Positions 14,050 through 27,333 of a DNA stretch of 64,000 nucleotides are shown one piece after another. How positions within the stretch are numbered: position 1 is the stretch's first letter; each line of letters opens with the position of its first letter. Under the pieces are notes generated by a model. That model did not search any database. It was not told the origin of the DNA and saw nothing but the letters and a program-made list of their open reading frames with translations. The translations under genes and the position numbers were made by a program. This DNA comes from Euprymna scolopes (taxonomy: Eukaryota). The stretch lies in the NCBI GenBank assembly GCA_053919585.1, contig CM132795.1. The stretch is one strand, 5' to 3'.

Positions 14050-15000
14050 GAAATGTTAATTACGATAAACTAAAGAGGATGAGATTCCCCTGATAAATTG
14101 AATTCATATTTTTCATATTTGGTTCAACGTCTATTTTCTATGCCTTTGTGTATTGGGTGGCTTGGAGAAAAGTTAGTTTAGAACTCTATTTCTTCATCTT
14201 TTTTTTTTTTTCCTCTTTATGTCAAATGTATTACTTCTGGCCATGTTTTCTTTGCCCTTTCTTTGCTATCTTAACTGATCTTCAGCTAACCCAAAAATTG
14301 TCCTCCATTCTTTTCATGTGACCACACCAACGAAATATTCTATTCTGCATACGTCTCCTATACTATCAGGGTTTAATCTTCCTCATAGCTCGGTCCTGGA
14401 TATGACCTAAAACTATATCCGATGGTGAGGCTCCACCTTGCGGGCCTTGGAGTGTGGAGCCACCATTGCTTCCAGGTCCACTCTGACCCGGAGTGGTAGT
14501 ACCTGTTAGGGGTCCCAACTATGGCTTAAATAGAATGCGACTTAAAAAAAAAACAAATATACTCCATTAAAAATCGTTCCTCAAAATAACTAGATTCGGC
14601 ATTAAATAACCTGAAAAGGGTTGATATGCCGTAAAACAACCAACCAATCCTCATAGCTCATCAAATCTAAGCCTTTTAAGATTCTTACACATCCAACACT
14701 TACATCAGCTCCTACTAGTCACATTTCTATTTCATGCAAATATGAAATTTTCCTTCTGTTGTCTTATAACGGTCTGTTGGGTAATGATAGCAGGAGTTCC
14801 CTGAACTTGTAATTTTTTCTATTAGAATCTGTAATTCCGGCGCATGTATGTATCCAACACTTGCAAATGCCACAAGAAATCGGGTTGTTCTTAGATCCCC
14901 ATCTTCAAACCGGGAAGTGGGAACGTTTCTTTCCAGGTGCTTTCCAACACAATCATTGATCCTTTCTTTGGTTTTGATAACACTCTGACCTTTTATATTT
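14050..15000 (-). mobile_element. RTE-like LINE 3' fragment carrying a nested SINE
   Basis: Minus strand near 14305-14345 reads RWCGHMKRME, the LRWFGHV.RM-type LINE C-terminal motif. The segment is absent from the duplicate at 19290-19620. Confidence 0.55.
14392..14647 (+). mobile_element. SINE-like element with 12-bp TSD
   Basis: TSD tcctcatagctc at 14380-14391 and 14648-14659; (CAAC)n tail; highly similar to copies at 48835, 49056 and 54592. Confidence 0.9.
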
Positions 15001-16946
15001 CATAGATTTCCTTCAATTTAACTTAACATCTAGAGGTTCCATTGTTTCACGGACAATTTAAATCTACATAAATGACTTCTGCCATACAATCCTTATGAAT
15101 TTCTCTGGGGACAGCTTTATACTATAATCTAGCAAGAGCTCATGTACCACCTAATAAAAATGGATAGATTGATATGACAGTTAACAGAACCCATCTAGTA
15201 GTAGCCTTACCTGAAATCTCCAGGGTTGGTTGGTATTTTTAATGGCATGTGTCTTGGTAGCTCCTTTAATGCCATAAAAGGTTATTTATCATGGATCTAT
15301 AGCTTTGATTTGTATTCCAACATAAAGCATGAAATAGTAACTCCATTTAACACAAGACAAACTATGAGCATTTAAGGTTTGAATAACTTAAAAGAATAAA
15401 CTGAATGTGCGTGTTGTCATCTTTCAAAATAATACAGGATAAAGCTGAGAAAATGTTTATTTCTGGTTTGGTTTTGTTGGTAGAGTAGCGGCCACAAAAG
15501 TTTACCAGCTTTTAACAGCAAAAACGAGGGAGTTCTTGCTTGACTGCACCTGTCTTGTTTCCTTAGTGTCTTGTTTCCCTCCACTCTAGTTTACAAAAAG
15601 TTCTGGGTTTTTATCTTAGCAGCTCCCAAATTGGTTAAATTTTATGCTTTGACCAGATTGGTGAGTCGAGCCTTTGTGACAGCTGACAAGTAAACATCCG
15701 GTTGGGAGTTTTACTTCATGAATTCCCACACATCATTAGGTATAGGTTATTTTTTAGTAGCATCGAGTCGTACTGGTTTCTAGAAAAAAAAATCGTACAG
15801 TGATGGAAATATCACTCACATGAGAGTGGGTAGAGATTTTCTCGATTTTTCTCTTCTGCATATGAATTGTCATACAATTAATGTACTATATTTTTTAGTT
15901 GCTTCCTGTATTTTTCCCGGCTCAACAAGCCGACCTTATCCTTCATTAGTATTACAAAAACTGGCTGACTCGCATGTAATCGTTAAGGTGTAGAGATCGT
16001 TGCAAAGGAGACAAGGATGAGGAAAACAAATTCAACTTGCTATTTCAGGTTTGAACAAGATATTTCTCCTCCAGCCTCATGTAACTTCTGTGATGTCACA
16101 ACCCATCTCTAACGCGATTCTCTCTGTGCAAGTATTTATCTTTCCTTTTTCTTTGCCGTCACCTCACTCACGGCTGTTATTCGCATACAGCTGCCATACG
16201 GTCTGTTACATGTATAATTTAGTTTCTTTACTCATTAGGTATACTGAATTTTAGCAATATGTACCATGTGATGGAATAAGCATTTGCTCTTTCAAACAAA
16301 TGTTCTGTAGTAAAGACGCCCCAAATACAAAACCAAATCCTTTTAACTTTTTTTTTTTTTTTTTTTTTTTCAAATATTGAGTATTCATTTAATTACTGCC
16401 CTGATAGCTTTTGATATCTATGACCTTAAGTTAGTAATTTATTTTTATATTCTGCTAGTGTTACCTTTTTTATAAGACTAGCAAATATATACTCTCCGGT
16501 CGCATATTTCATTTAAGTTGGGTGAATTACATAAATATGAAAGACTAAAAATTATTTTGGGCTATCAAAATGCTATTTATGTTTACCTATTAGGTTTTTT
16601 TATTTATTTTTTTATTTTTTTTATCATTGCTTATGTTTGAAATGACAAATCAAATCTGACGTCACTTTCGAACTATAAATTTAAGGTAAGGTCTTAAGCT
16701 CTACAAGCAAAATAGGTCAGTTAGTGTTCGTAAGGTTTTCGTTCCACTCACAGCCTTCACTCTAGGAATTCATTTACTGTTAATAGAATCTTCTCCTTTA
16801 TATTAAAAATAAAGATTTGAGATGTCGAAATGAGACAATTTACACAATGTATTGTATTTACAAAATAATTGAGGGATACTAAGAATCTTTATTACATGTA
16901 ATATTGTGTCCATTTCTGAATAATTGTTTAACAAAATTAAAAACTT

Positions 16947-16990
<44 letters not shown>

Positions 16991-17939
16991 GTTTCTAGTT
17001 GTTTGGAAAACTTTTAATAACATTTTTCTATTTTTTTTTACTTACAATTTAACAGTTGACTTTAAATCTTGCAACTTGTGTTAATTATTTCGTTTTTATA
17101 TTAATTTTTTGTCAATTTTATGAAATTGGAATTTTAATATCCAGTGTTAAAACGTTTTCTGTAATTTATTTTTTCATGTACTTTTATCTTTCAGCATATT
17201 CTTGTCCATTTTGTTTGCATACATCAATATGTGCTACCAACTTCATGTTCAGGGTTTGATCTACCCCAAATCTTTAATATTAAGGCATGCAACTTGTCCA
17301 AGATTAAAGGTTGATTTTAATGAACATGAAGTTTTACAAAAACAATGTTAATTAGCTTGTTTCCTGTGCGAACATTTTAATCATTAGATCTTGTATTTCT
17401 GTTCAGTATTGTATAGGTATATATATAGGTATATAGGCAAAGACAAAATCTATAAACATAGCAAATGTCAGTATGAACAAAATATTTAATTTAAATTTCA
17501 AAAGCTTAGAGTAATTTGCTATTGTTGATATCTAAGGATATTTTGGATCATTTTTAAGCGAAACTATATTACTTTTATGGTACTACCATTATGGGTAAGA
17601 ATAGTGTTCTTTTATGAGGAAATCTCATTTGATTTTGCTTTCTAGCAGTGTTATTGCATGTTCTGATTTCAGGAGACCATTCAGAGATTAGTGTATGTCA
17701 AAAGGAAATTGTGACAATTGGCTCTTCACTTTCAACCAAAACACTTGTATAGACTAGCAAAAATGTAACTTGTCTCCATGACGAGTCACCACAATTTTAC
17801 ATTAAATAATTACATAATATATTGAACTGCAGCTGGTTGAACATCCTCACGATGACAGTCTTATAGGAGTCTTTAGTTGGTATTGGTTTCGATCACGCTA
17901 CAGAACTACTCAAGGATGTTGTGGTTAAATATATTTACT

Positions 17940-18708
17940 ACTAGCAGTTCCGCTTTGCTTTGCTCGGGCTCTATGTACTGTGCATAACTTTATGTGCATA
18001 TGTATTTAAAGTGTGCATCTGTACCGTAATGCCTTTTCTATATAATAGGCTTCCTTAACTACCATAGAGAAAAGCTGGTAGACACCAGAGGACAATTTTT
18101 TTTTAACTTTGACCCGAATTTTGACCCCCTTAACATTTGTTTAAGGATCGAATCAGATTAAAATGTTTGACCCATGTACAAGTTACCTAAATCTAAAATT
18201 TCAAGTGTTTAGACTCAAAATTGGCAGAAGAATTTGGTAGAGCCTGCAAAGGTCAACTCTTGCAACTCTGACCTCTTGACAGCGACATTTTTGCCTAAAA
18301 ACTGATTAAAAAGCTTGCTATAAATCTGGCTACCCTTTATGAAAAATTTCAAATATTAAGACCAAAATTTGGCGGAGTAATTTGGTAGACCACAGACGTC
18401 AATTTTTTAACTTTAATCCAAACTTTGACCCCATAGCATTGTTTTGGGGTCAAATCAAATTATAAAGTAAGATCCATGGCCAAGCAATGTGAAGTGTTTA
18501 GACCCAAAATTAGAAGAGCGGTTTGGTAGTTTTCAAAAGTCAAATAACTGAACATTGACCCCCTTAACATCAAAATTTCTGGTCGAAACCCGATTAAAAG
18601 ATTCCCAAATCTCAATACCTCGTATATCAATTTTCATGTCTGTAGACCGAAAATTGAGTTATTTTTGTAAGGAAAGCATGCACACAACTCTCTTATAGAT
18701 ATATAGAT
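17940..18708 (-). mobile_element. Non-autonomous Helitron-like element with internal tandem units
   Basis: Left end actagc (CTAG 3' terminus on minus strand with a GC-richer subterminal stretch); right end tatatagat; internal repeated units (aagtgtttagac.caaaatt; ctttgacccc). Confidence 0.6.
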
Positions 18709-18863
18709 TTTGGACTTTCATCTCAGAATTTGTGCTTGAAGTCGTCAGTCTAAACTCCCGACTCAAAATTTGCTTTTAATATAGTATAATGCTGAGAACC
18801 GTTTCAAGTTGAACTTTTGTCTTGCCTGGTCTGTGCAAGTTTCACGACTTAAAAGGATTTATT

Positions 18864-19240
18864 TTATACTATCAGTTTGAGACTTACCTCCATGACGTGT
18901 ACACGAGCTTCAATTAGGTATTTTATCAAAAATGATTGACTGTTTTCAATAGCCATCAAGTGAAGGAATTTATTCATCTTGGACATTCGAACGCGGTTTT
19001 TCGTTAGAAAAATGTTCAAGAACAGATAATTTAATCCATTTATCAATTTTGGCAATTGTTCTCACAATTTTCATCCTGACTTCAGTGGCAACCAGGCATT
19101 TTATTACAGAACTTGCAGTCTGTTGGACGATGGTCAGAAGTCTGCACAGCTATACTGGGATTGTCTTTGCTTTGTGCTGCAGGAGTCCTTCTGAAAGACG
19201 TAATCTCCTCCATCCAGTGTTTCACCACATTCATTAGCAT
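18864..19240 (-). mobile_element. Possible hAT transposase remnant
   Basis: LNIFLTKNRVRMS resembles the hAT C-terminal dimerisation motif; a CKFC pair lies upstream on the same strand. Short and decayed. Confidence 0.25.
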
Positions 19241-19260
19241 CTGATATTTTGTTTACTTTT

Positions 19261-19654
19261 GTCGAGCTTTTTAATTTTGCCTGAACACTAAAAATTTAAA
19301 GATGTTAATGTTCTTTGTTAATTTTTGAGTGAAAATAGCTTTGCTTTTACATTTTTTTTAAAGAAATATTTGGAAGATATAAACCAATGCAAATGCTCCT
19401 GAATCGGTTCTGATCAAGATATGATCGGAGGTTACTCACAAGAGACCTTTGATGGACATTAGATTTTTCTATTCAACACGTACCAAAAATAACTACTTGT
19501 TAATAGTTTAGTACCAGAGAAAGTCTGAAAATCGATTTCCTTCGATTTACCTTAACATCTAGAGATTCCATTGTTCCATGGACAAACACTAAATCTACAT
19601 AAATGACTTCTGCCATACAAGCATGTCGAGTTTTTAAAATTTTGCCTGAACACT
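19261..19654 (+). repeat. Copy 2 of the local duplication, bracketed by ~30-bp direct repeats
   Basis: gtcgag.ttttt.aattttgcctgaacact at 19261-19289 and 19625-19654 flank a copy of 13810-14045 joined to 15003-15089. Confidence 0.85.
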
Positions 19655-19659
19655 CTGTA

Positions 19660-22230
19660 CTCGAGTACAACAGGTACCCAAAAAGGGGCACAAAAGGTGC
19701 CTAAAACCCAACAGCAACTGACTGGTTGGAGGGCAGTCGCTTGACATATCGAGTATAGGGTGTCGCCTTCATCCAGACTAGGAAAACGGACAGAAATGGA
19801 AAATACTTCAGGCTCCTGCAATGTGGCCGGAATCACTTAGATAATCGGGCAACTAAATACCATGCACATAAGTATCGTAGCACTTGAGTGTCCCGATCAT
19901 TGCCAACAGAGAAATATCGCAAAGATCTCTACTGGAAAGACCTAGAGTCCTTAGAAACGATTCGCTTGTGGGATGAAACAAACCCCTGTAAGTAAAAACC
20001 ACAGGGACATGCCTCACCAGAGTCAGGACCAACTCCTAAAAGGTTTAACAGGGCCGCGTTAAATAGGGGAACTCGTACTTGACAACATTCCCCTGAAAAG
20101 CAGTCGAGGACGTCGTCGCCGATGACTGCTACATCAAGGACATACTGTATGCTCCACAAACCGCGACCAAATCCGGCTTGAGGAAACTCTGTTATCGGAA
20201 CCCCAGGCTCAAGAACCTCAAAGCCCTTCTGACAAAGAAAGCCAGTGAGATGGTCGGAAACATGGTTATGACGGACGCATCATGGGTCACCCCACAACGC
20301 TGTACAATGTGGCTCAAACTCTCGATGGAACTACATCATCCCTGGCAACCAAGATCAAGCCCACCTCAACGACCCCTAGCATTTCGAACTTTGGTACTCG
20401 GAAGCCTACACCTGAGATTCATATCTCTGATGTAGAGCCTGGGGAAAACCCCATCAGGGTGTCTGAGCCAATAATGACTCCTAAGTATCATTTTCCGGAG
20501 CGAGATCAGCTCCATCCAAAGATGAAATCAAGGCCTCCCTCCACCTCGCAGTTGCTTCTGTCTTATGCACCATCTGGCCCTTCACTGTGGTGGGGGTGAT
20601 TCACCAGGTTCAGAGCATTTCAGAACAGAACACTCCGGGTAACCTCATGTACAATCCCTAATGTTGCTGAAACAAACAACTTCTCATACCTACTCTGCCT
20701 CATCAAAGGAATCAAAGTTGCCAATGAAGGCAACCCCAACTCCCCCGTCCGAGACAGCCACATGAAAAAAGCCGACAGTCCTTTGGGAGCCTGAGCCACC
20801 TGCAAATGTGGTTTCTCACGTTAATATCGATTGCCCTATGTGTATTAAGGCGCACATTGCCCAAGACCAACAAATGCAGGAGCTGGGGCATAGCATATCC
20901 CCACCAGAGCTCAATGCACTGCTGTGGCTTTAACGGAGCAGAATGCAACTCGCAGTCATGGACCACCTTGCGGTGTGGAAAAGAAAGGATCCCCCTCCAG
21001 TCCAAACTGACCCCAAGCAGTCCAAAAGAATCCGTGACCCCTAAGCCTCGGACCGATTGTGCACCACAGACGAACTCCGCTGCGGCTAGGTGTACGTTTT
21101 TTAGCCTTGTTGGACATGATGATGGCGAAAGACCGAGATTTAGTGGGGTTCATCACCATGCCCGATCTCGTCAGAGCTAGCTCCACCATCTCAAACTTAA
21201 CTTGCATACCCTCCAGAATCTGGGCGAGGAGAGTAAGGTCATCAGCATATGCCAATGCCCTGACCCCATTGGATAAGCAAGCTTGGGCATGGACAAGGAA
21301 AGAACCTCATCCATGACCATATTGAAAAGCAGAGGTGACAAAGGGTCGCCCTGGCAAACGCAACGGGATGGGTGAAAACCCGGTTTCCATACATGCTGCT
21401 CACAGCATAACTCGCCCGGATGTACCACACCAGGGGACTGGCATCCAGCAACTTCAGAATAAGGGAGACTCTAGATTAGATGAGTAGGGGAGGTTTCACA
21501 AAGTAACATGAGGTTTAAGGTGGCTGTCACTAGTTTACACCTCTGCAAGGCCTCATCGGCTGAGACACTGTAGACTGGGCGAGGAGCCGTGCATGGCCTT
21601 CAGGGAACTCTCAACCTCTTCCTCACAGAGAGGGGCCAGCACAGACCACCATTAGACTGCGCTGGTCTTGTGTCCGGCTCGCCGGGTGCGGAAAACTTCT
21701 GCTCTCAGATGTCCACAGACCCCTCCAGAAGACGTCGTTCGGCAAGCAATGTTGCCTCCCATCTACCAGTGAGGACTGCGTCTGCATTCCTTCCTCTTAA
21801 CACTATAGTCATTGAATGGCAGCATAAGCCACCCTCCTCGACGTCTCTTGTCACACTTCGGGGCACCAGTCACAGACCTAGGTTTAGATCCTTTCCTCCC
21901 GTGAGACTGACTCTTGCGAGTCGGCCTCCCAGACCGCTTGTGACAAAGCGGCCGGCTCGATCTTAGTGCATCGTCCCCCTTCCCTTCAGAGGACAAAAGG
22001 TAGCGTGGGAGGAAGGTATCGATCTGCCCGGTTACCACATCCAGGTCGGTACCCTGGTGGATTAAACCAAGTATCCGCCGCAATTCGACGTGAGCCTGAT
22101 CCAAGGATGAATCAAGCTCCCAAACAACCTTGTCAACCTGATACTCCAACTTCCGCTGCCAACTCTGATCTTCCATGACAGAACTCCACGAATCGCAAAC
22201 CACTCCAGTCAAATAACTCAAATATGAAGA
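19660..22230 (-). mobile_element. Decayed R2-like non-LTR retrotransposon (RT, CCHC knuckle, restriction-like endonuclease)
   Basis: QGDPLSPLLFNMVMDEVL and AYADDL (RT); ESLSHIVQRCGVTH..RHN (CCHC/RHN); PDLV...DVAVIGD (RLE). Multiple frameshifts. Confidence 0.88.
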
Positions 22231-23844
22231 CCGGCTTTGAAATGCAAACTTAGGACCGATATTGTTATTCATAAATTATATAAACATCTCAATATAATAG
22301 GAAGATAATTAAAATAGAGCGGTCTGCACGGTTTCCTTACCAGAAACTAATTGTTCTATTAAGCATTTGCACACTGTGTACTGGGTGAGTATGACCAGGG
22401 AGTTAAATATACAGTACTAGGATCTCCACTCAAGATCAGATATCTTTGTGGCAAACGATGTACTGCATTTTATGTGACAGATGGTGTAGATATTTACCTT
22501 TTATCCAACATTGAAGATGTTTGCCAGCTTTTCCAGCTCCATATGTTATCGAATGTATGCACTCATAAAGAGGTCTAAGCAGCCTCATCGATTTTTCCCA
22601 AATAAAGCACATAAGATGATTACCAATGAACTAACTACTTTTCTGCATTTGACTTTACGTTAGTCTTCTGACTCTTAAGAAATTGAATGCCTTGATTTTT
22701 GCCACCAAAATCTTACATTGGCAGCTGCGGTTTCGGTTTTCTGTCTTTTAATGGACAACTGCATTTTCTCGACATAGGTCAGCTTTTAAAGAGTGGCAGC
22801 TTTCTGAAAGGTAAAACTGTAAGTCACTTCACTAAATTTTTTTTTTTTTTTTTAAATAGGCCACGGTACTCCACTTCCGGGTGGTATCACCAGTCTCTTT
22901 CGCTGCTAGGTTATTTCGGTGTGGTATTAGTTTGATCTGTCTTGCTCATGGCAATAGCAGGAAGGGTATTTGCTGTATAGCACGTTTGGGACAATCTGTG
23001 TCCTTGATGCTGTCAGTATCAGCAGTGCTGTCTTTGTCCTTCCATGATGTCAATCTTCATACTCGATTACAATCCGTATGTTGTTGAAACCAGCTCGGTC
23101 AAGCAGTATAGGATAACATCCCCTAGCATGACTTTTTTTTTCCTTTTTTTTTTTTTATTTTACAATTGAGCTGATTGTTTGCAGAATTTCTCATTTACTG
23201 CCCTCACCCACGGTAAATGAAGATATATTGGACATTTAGTCAACTTAACTTTAATTTGGGAAGACTCCTTTTCTTTGCATGACTGGCCAAATTACATCAA
23301 TAGGGTAACCATTCCAAGATAGAGTATCGGTAACCATTTTCAAGTTCTCAACCTATCCCAATTTGAAGAAATTAGAGTATGTTAGTCCAAATAATTTTTT
23401 TTTTGCTTTTAGAGCAAAATGAATCTCAACGTGTATATAGGCCTGTAAATATGGATTTATGGTACATTGTAACGAAACTAGATGTTTTTGTTACCAAATA
23501 TATCAAGGAAAGCTATGAGTTACACTCTCCTGCATTAGTATGTTAAGGCGGGATGCATTCTACAAGGGGAAGATATTTGCCCCCGTTTGCTTATTAGTCA
23601 CATCGGAAATAGGCTCTGGATTTTATGGGTTCAGATAGTAACTGTTCTTCTTGGAAATCCGCAAATGTTCGCCATTATCGGTTCCAGGAATGAGCCTATG
23701 GATACACATTTCTGATATATTACATCATTAAAATTGAATTCAAAAGATGTAGTGGCAAATTTCGGCAGCTCAACAAAAAACGAGTTTTACTTCAATCATG
23801 AACAAGTCTTTCCTTCATTTTATTTATTTATATATATACATATA

Positions 23845-26230
23845 TTGCTTTGAAAAGTATGAATGGAGTCATTATGGGTGAGAAAAAAAAAAAGAAACTG
23901 GAAATTGTAGAGACAGATCGACTAAAAAAAAGAATTATAGGTAAAAAAAAAAAATCGAACAAAAAAGGATCCATACGAAATTTCGTGTGTAAACAAAAAA
24001 TAAAATTAAGGGATCTAGAGGTTAACCTTTCGACCGACACTTTTCAATAGATCTCGTCGGTAAGTTGCATTAAATTAACGAATGAGAATGGAAAAAGGGG
24101 AGGAGATGAAGTCGAGGAAAAAAAATATATATATAATTAAGAAAATCCGTTGTCTACAAATAAGTAGACAAAACAGAAAAACCAGCGTACGTGTAGACTT
24201 TTATTTTTTTTTATTTTTATTTTTTTCTTTAAATAACTCTCATTTATGTGAAATTTCTTTTTTTTTTGTCTACATAAAGCTGGTTTGCGCATCAGCACAC
24301 TGACGGCCTCCAAGATGTTGAGGTGCTGTTTGTTCCGAGCTTTATGTAAAATGCGAGAACATTCATCAGAATATGCTTGGCCACAAGTTTTATTTTCGTA
24401 CAAATGAACACCAATTGACGATTCGAGAACTGGTGGTCGTCCGGATGTATTCCGTAAAGGCCCGGATGTATTCCTTAAAGGCCCGGATGATATAAAAAGC
24501 TTGCGTAAATACCCAGGAACGTGTTCTGCCACTCTGACCCCTAAACGTTGAAAAGTTCGACCCACGTAGTCAGCATCGCACCGACATCTAAACTCATATT
24601 ATTAAACTATTTTGTAGCGTGGGAAGTACATCTTTTTTAAACGCTGGGAAGGCAGTTTTGATACACAGCACTACTCGGGGTTGCACCGCGTAAAAAGAGT
24701 GGGGAAACAACCGAAGTGATCTTGCTAACAAAAACCCTACTAATTGAACCTATGTAGGGGAGCTTCAAATAAACCGGACATTTAGCCGGACCGGAAAGAG
24801 GCTTAGTGTTAAAACTAGTAAGTTTTTGGCGAATATGCTTAGAAATTATACCACCAGGGAAACCATTTTTAATAAGCATGTCCGGTATTTTAAGTTCCTC
24901 AAGTTTGCTTGGCGAGCATATCATGAGTGCACGGTGGACCAAGGTCTTTAACTTATCTTCCTGTTCATAGGGGCAAAGGAATCCCAACTAATATACAACC
25001 CTGTAAAGGTAGGTTTCCTGTATATAGTTGTATTAAACCGATTCCCTATCCTTTCTACAAGGACATCCAAAAAGGGTAAAGAGTAATTCTGCTCTTCCTC
25101 CATAGTAAACTTAAGTGCCGGGTGGAGACTGTTTAATTTCAGAAAAAAATCACTTCATGGCGGCACTTGAAAATGACAAGTGTCATCTACATAACGCCAA
25201 TAACGAACAGGTCTAGAAACCTGAGTAAACAATAAGCATTCCTGAAAGCCTAAGAAAATATTGGCCAGGATAGGACCCAAAGGACTACCCATGGCCACAC
25301 CATCTACCTGTTGATACATTACGTCATTAAAGCTAAAACAGACCGACTTGGTAGCTAGTTCCATGAATTCAAGGAAAATATTCTCCGGAAAATCCGGAGG
25401 GGTTAATGTACTATGATAGAGCATATCCGAACAAATTTGAATAGTTTCATCAAGGAGTATATTAGTGAAAAGATTGGTAACGTCGAAAGAACATAGGAAA
25501 GTTGTTTCTGAATTCAAATCAAGTCCACGCATAGTGGCAGCGAAACGAAAAGAATCCGCAATGCAGTTACCCGAGAATTCCTTTAGTACAGGCTCAAGAA
25601 TCTCTGACAACCATTTTGCCAGTTCATGCTGGGGTGAACCGATTATGGAAAGAATGGGTCTTAAAGGGACCTCGTTCTTGTGGATCTTTGGTAGCCCGTA
25701 CATTCTGGGTCGTTGTGAACCCACGGGCCGGATTCTATCATAAGTATCTTTACTAATAAATTTCCTCCTATGTATTTGAAGAAACCGTTTCTGGAGTTTT
25801 ACTTCAGTGTTCTAAGTGCTATCAACCGATGTGTCGCCAAGCCTTTTAAATTTGGATTTATCCTTTAAAATATCCAACATTTTTCTGATATAATCATTCG
25901 TATTAAGGATAACGACACCCGCACCTTTATCCGGCTTAGTGATGTAAATATCCTTATTAGTTTTAAGGAGTTTGGCGGCTTGATGGTGGATTTTAGTCCA
26001 TACAAACTCACGAGCATTGATAGGGGAGTTCGTGAACTTGTGCGCCAGTTCAGCTAACCTAGCCTTCATATACAAAAAATCCTCGTTGGAACGAGGCTCA
26101 TGATGTTTGAGCTGCGAGTTTAATATTTCGAATTCAGCAAAGGTACTTTCCCTATCGATCATTCGGGGGGGGATGCCGACATCCAACCCTCTGGCTAATA
26201 CAACTTTTTCGTTATGGGAAAGAGTGATAC
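23845..26230 (-). mobile_element. Penelope-like element 1 (Penelope/Poseidon type; RT + C-terminal GIY-YIG), 5'-truncated
   Basis: KPDKGAGVVIL, YGLPKIHK..PLRPI, SFDVTNLFT, GVAMGSPLGPILANIF, RYVDD, FLDV, YEF.CRCDADYVGRT..RL..RVAEH, LEA. Flanked by TA-rich microsatellites. Confidence 0.93.
24012..24062 (-). ncRNA. Minimal type I hammerhead ribozyme motif (U3-A8 core) in the PLE-1 terminal repeat
   Basis: Minus strand: accgac-ga-GATCTA-TTGAAAA-g-tgtcggt-c-GAAA-ggttaacc-TC-TAGATC. 6-bp stem I, palindromic stem III, CUC cleavage triplet, loop II complementary to upstream accgac. Confidence 0.8.
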
Positions 26231-26273
26231 CTGTTTATATATCTATATATATAGATATATATATATATATAGA

Positions 26274-26315
<42 letters not shown>

Positions 26316-26339
26316 ATCTCACTTATTGAATATATTAAA

Positions 26340-27265
26340 TTGGTCCCCTGACTTATCAGAAAGGGATCTGTTTTCAGTTGCACCCGTTCGTCCGGACGAT
26401 TGCCAGATAGCCATCCATTAGGTTTTTCTGAAATTTTTTAAAAATTCAATTTCATTAAATAGATGTGCACACTAATATTTTTTTTTTTTTTTTTTTTTTT
26501 TTTCTTTCCTCAAATTCTCGTGTCCCTATGGCACTCAAGAGGCCAAAAATGAAGTTTTGCGGCATAACTTTTGATCCATAAGATTTTTTTTTTTTTACTT
26601 GGCCAAAATGTAAAGCCCATTGTTAATATATATCTATTATGAGTGACCCTGGCAAAATTCTATTTTGCATCTCTGGGGACGTCTAGTGCTAAAAACACCC
26701 TTTTTGTGGCTTTTTTTTTCATATTTCTCAAACTTGATATGCATGTTCAACTCAAATATAGATGTTAAGGCCTGAAAATGCACGGTTATCCATTTACACT
26801 GGGATTCGGCGTCCACAAGGGCTCAAAATATGTCAAGAAAATGCCTCAAAATGACGCTTTTTGCCCCATAGCATTTGATCCATCCATTAGATTTTCCTGA
26901 AACTTGACCGAAATGTGGAGGCCATTGTTCTTAAAAGTTCTGGTTCGCATCCCTCTGGGACTTTTAGTGCTTAAAAACATGCCGTTTTGGAACTTTTTTT
27001 CATATTACTCAAACTTTTTCTATATAGTGCTTTTCCATGGTGCGGAATTCAAATATGTCTTAAAGCGTAAAACTGCACCATTTGTCCATTTACACTAGGA
27101 TTCAGCGTTACCAGGAGCTCAAGACGTCAGAAATGTCCCAACATGTCAAAAAATGACACTTTTTACCCTATAACTTTTGCCCCATCCATTAGATTTTTCT
27201 GAAACTTGGCGAAAATGTGAAAGGAACACTGGCCTTTCACACTTCTCATTCATTTCTTCATTTTT

Positions 27266-27297
<32 letters not shown>

Positions 27298-27333
27298 CAG
27301 CACCATAGGGGGACCACGCATGCGCAGCTTGTT
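26340..27333. mobile_element. Helentron-associated (HINE/DINE-1-like) non-autonomous element with ~300-bp internal repeats
   Basis: Subterminal inverted repeats ggtcccct (26342) / agggggacc (27307), a ccgttcgtcc motif near the left end, TT flanks, and three internal units (cata.c.tttga.ccat...gattttt..gaaactt). Confidence 0.6.

Larger units (their letters stand above)
13810..15089 (+). repeat. Copy 1 of a local duplication (13810-14045 + 15003-15089), interrupted by a ~960-bp insertion
   Basis: Both parts align to 19290-19620, where they are contiguous (tctgaaaat/cgatttccttc). Confidence 0.85.

Noticed and set aside
20178-22178. Plus-strand ORFs over the R2-like element (likewise over the RTEs at 30-32.5 kb and 51-54 kb)
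   Set aside because: Antisense shadow frames of GC-richer TE coding sequence with no motifs of their own.
23845-26230. Naiad/Chlamys-type Penelope with N-terminal endonuclease
   Set aside because: GIY-YIG lies C-terminal to the RT or thumb region in all four copies.
26500-27220. CRISPR-like repeat-spacer array
   Set aside because: Units are long, degenerate internal repeats of a non-autonomous transposon; eukaryotic context and no cas genes.
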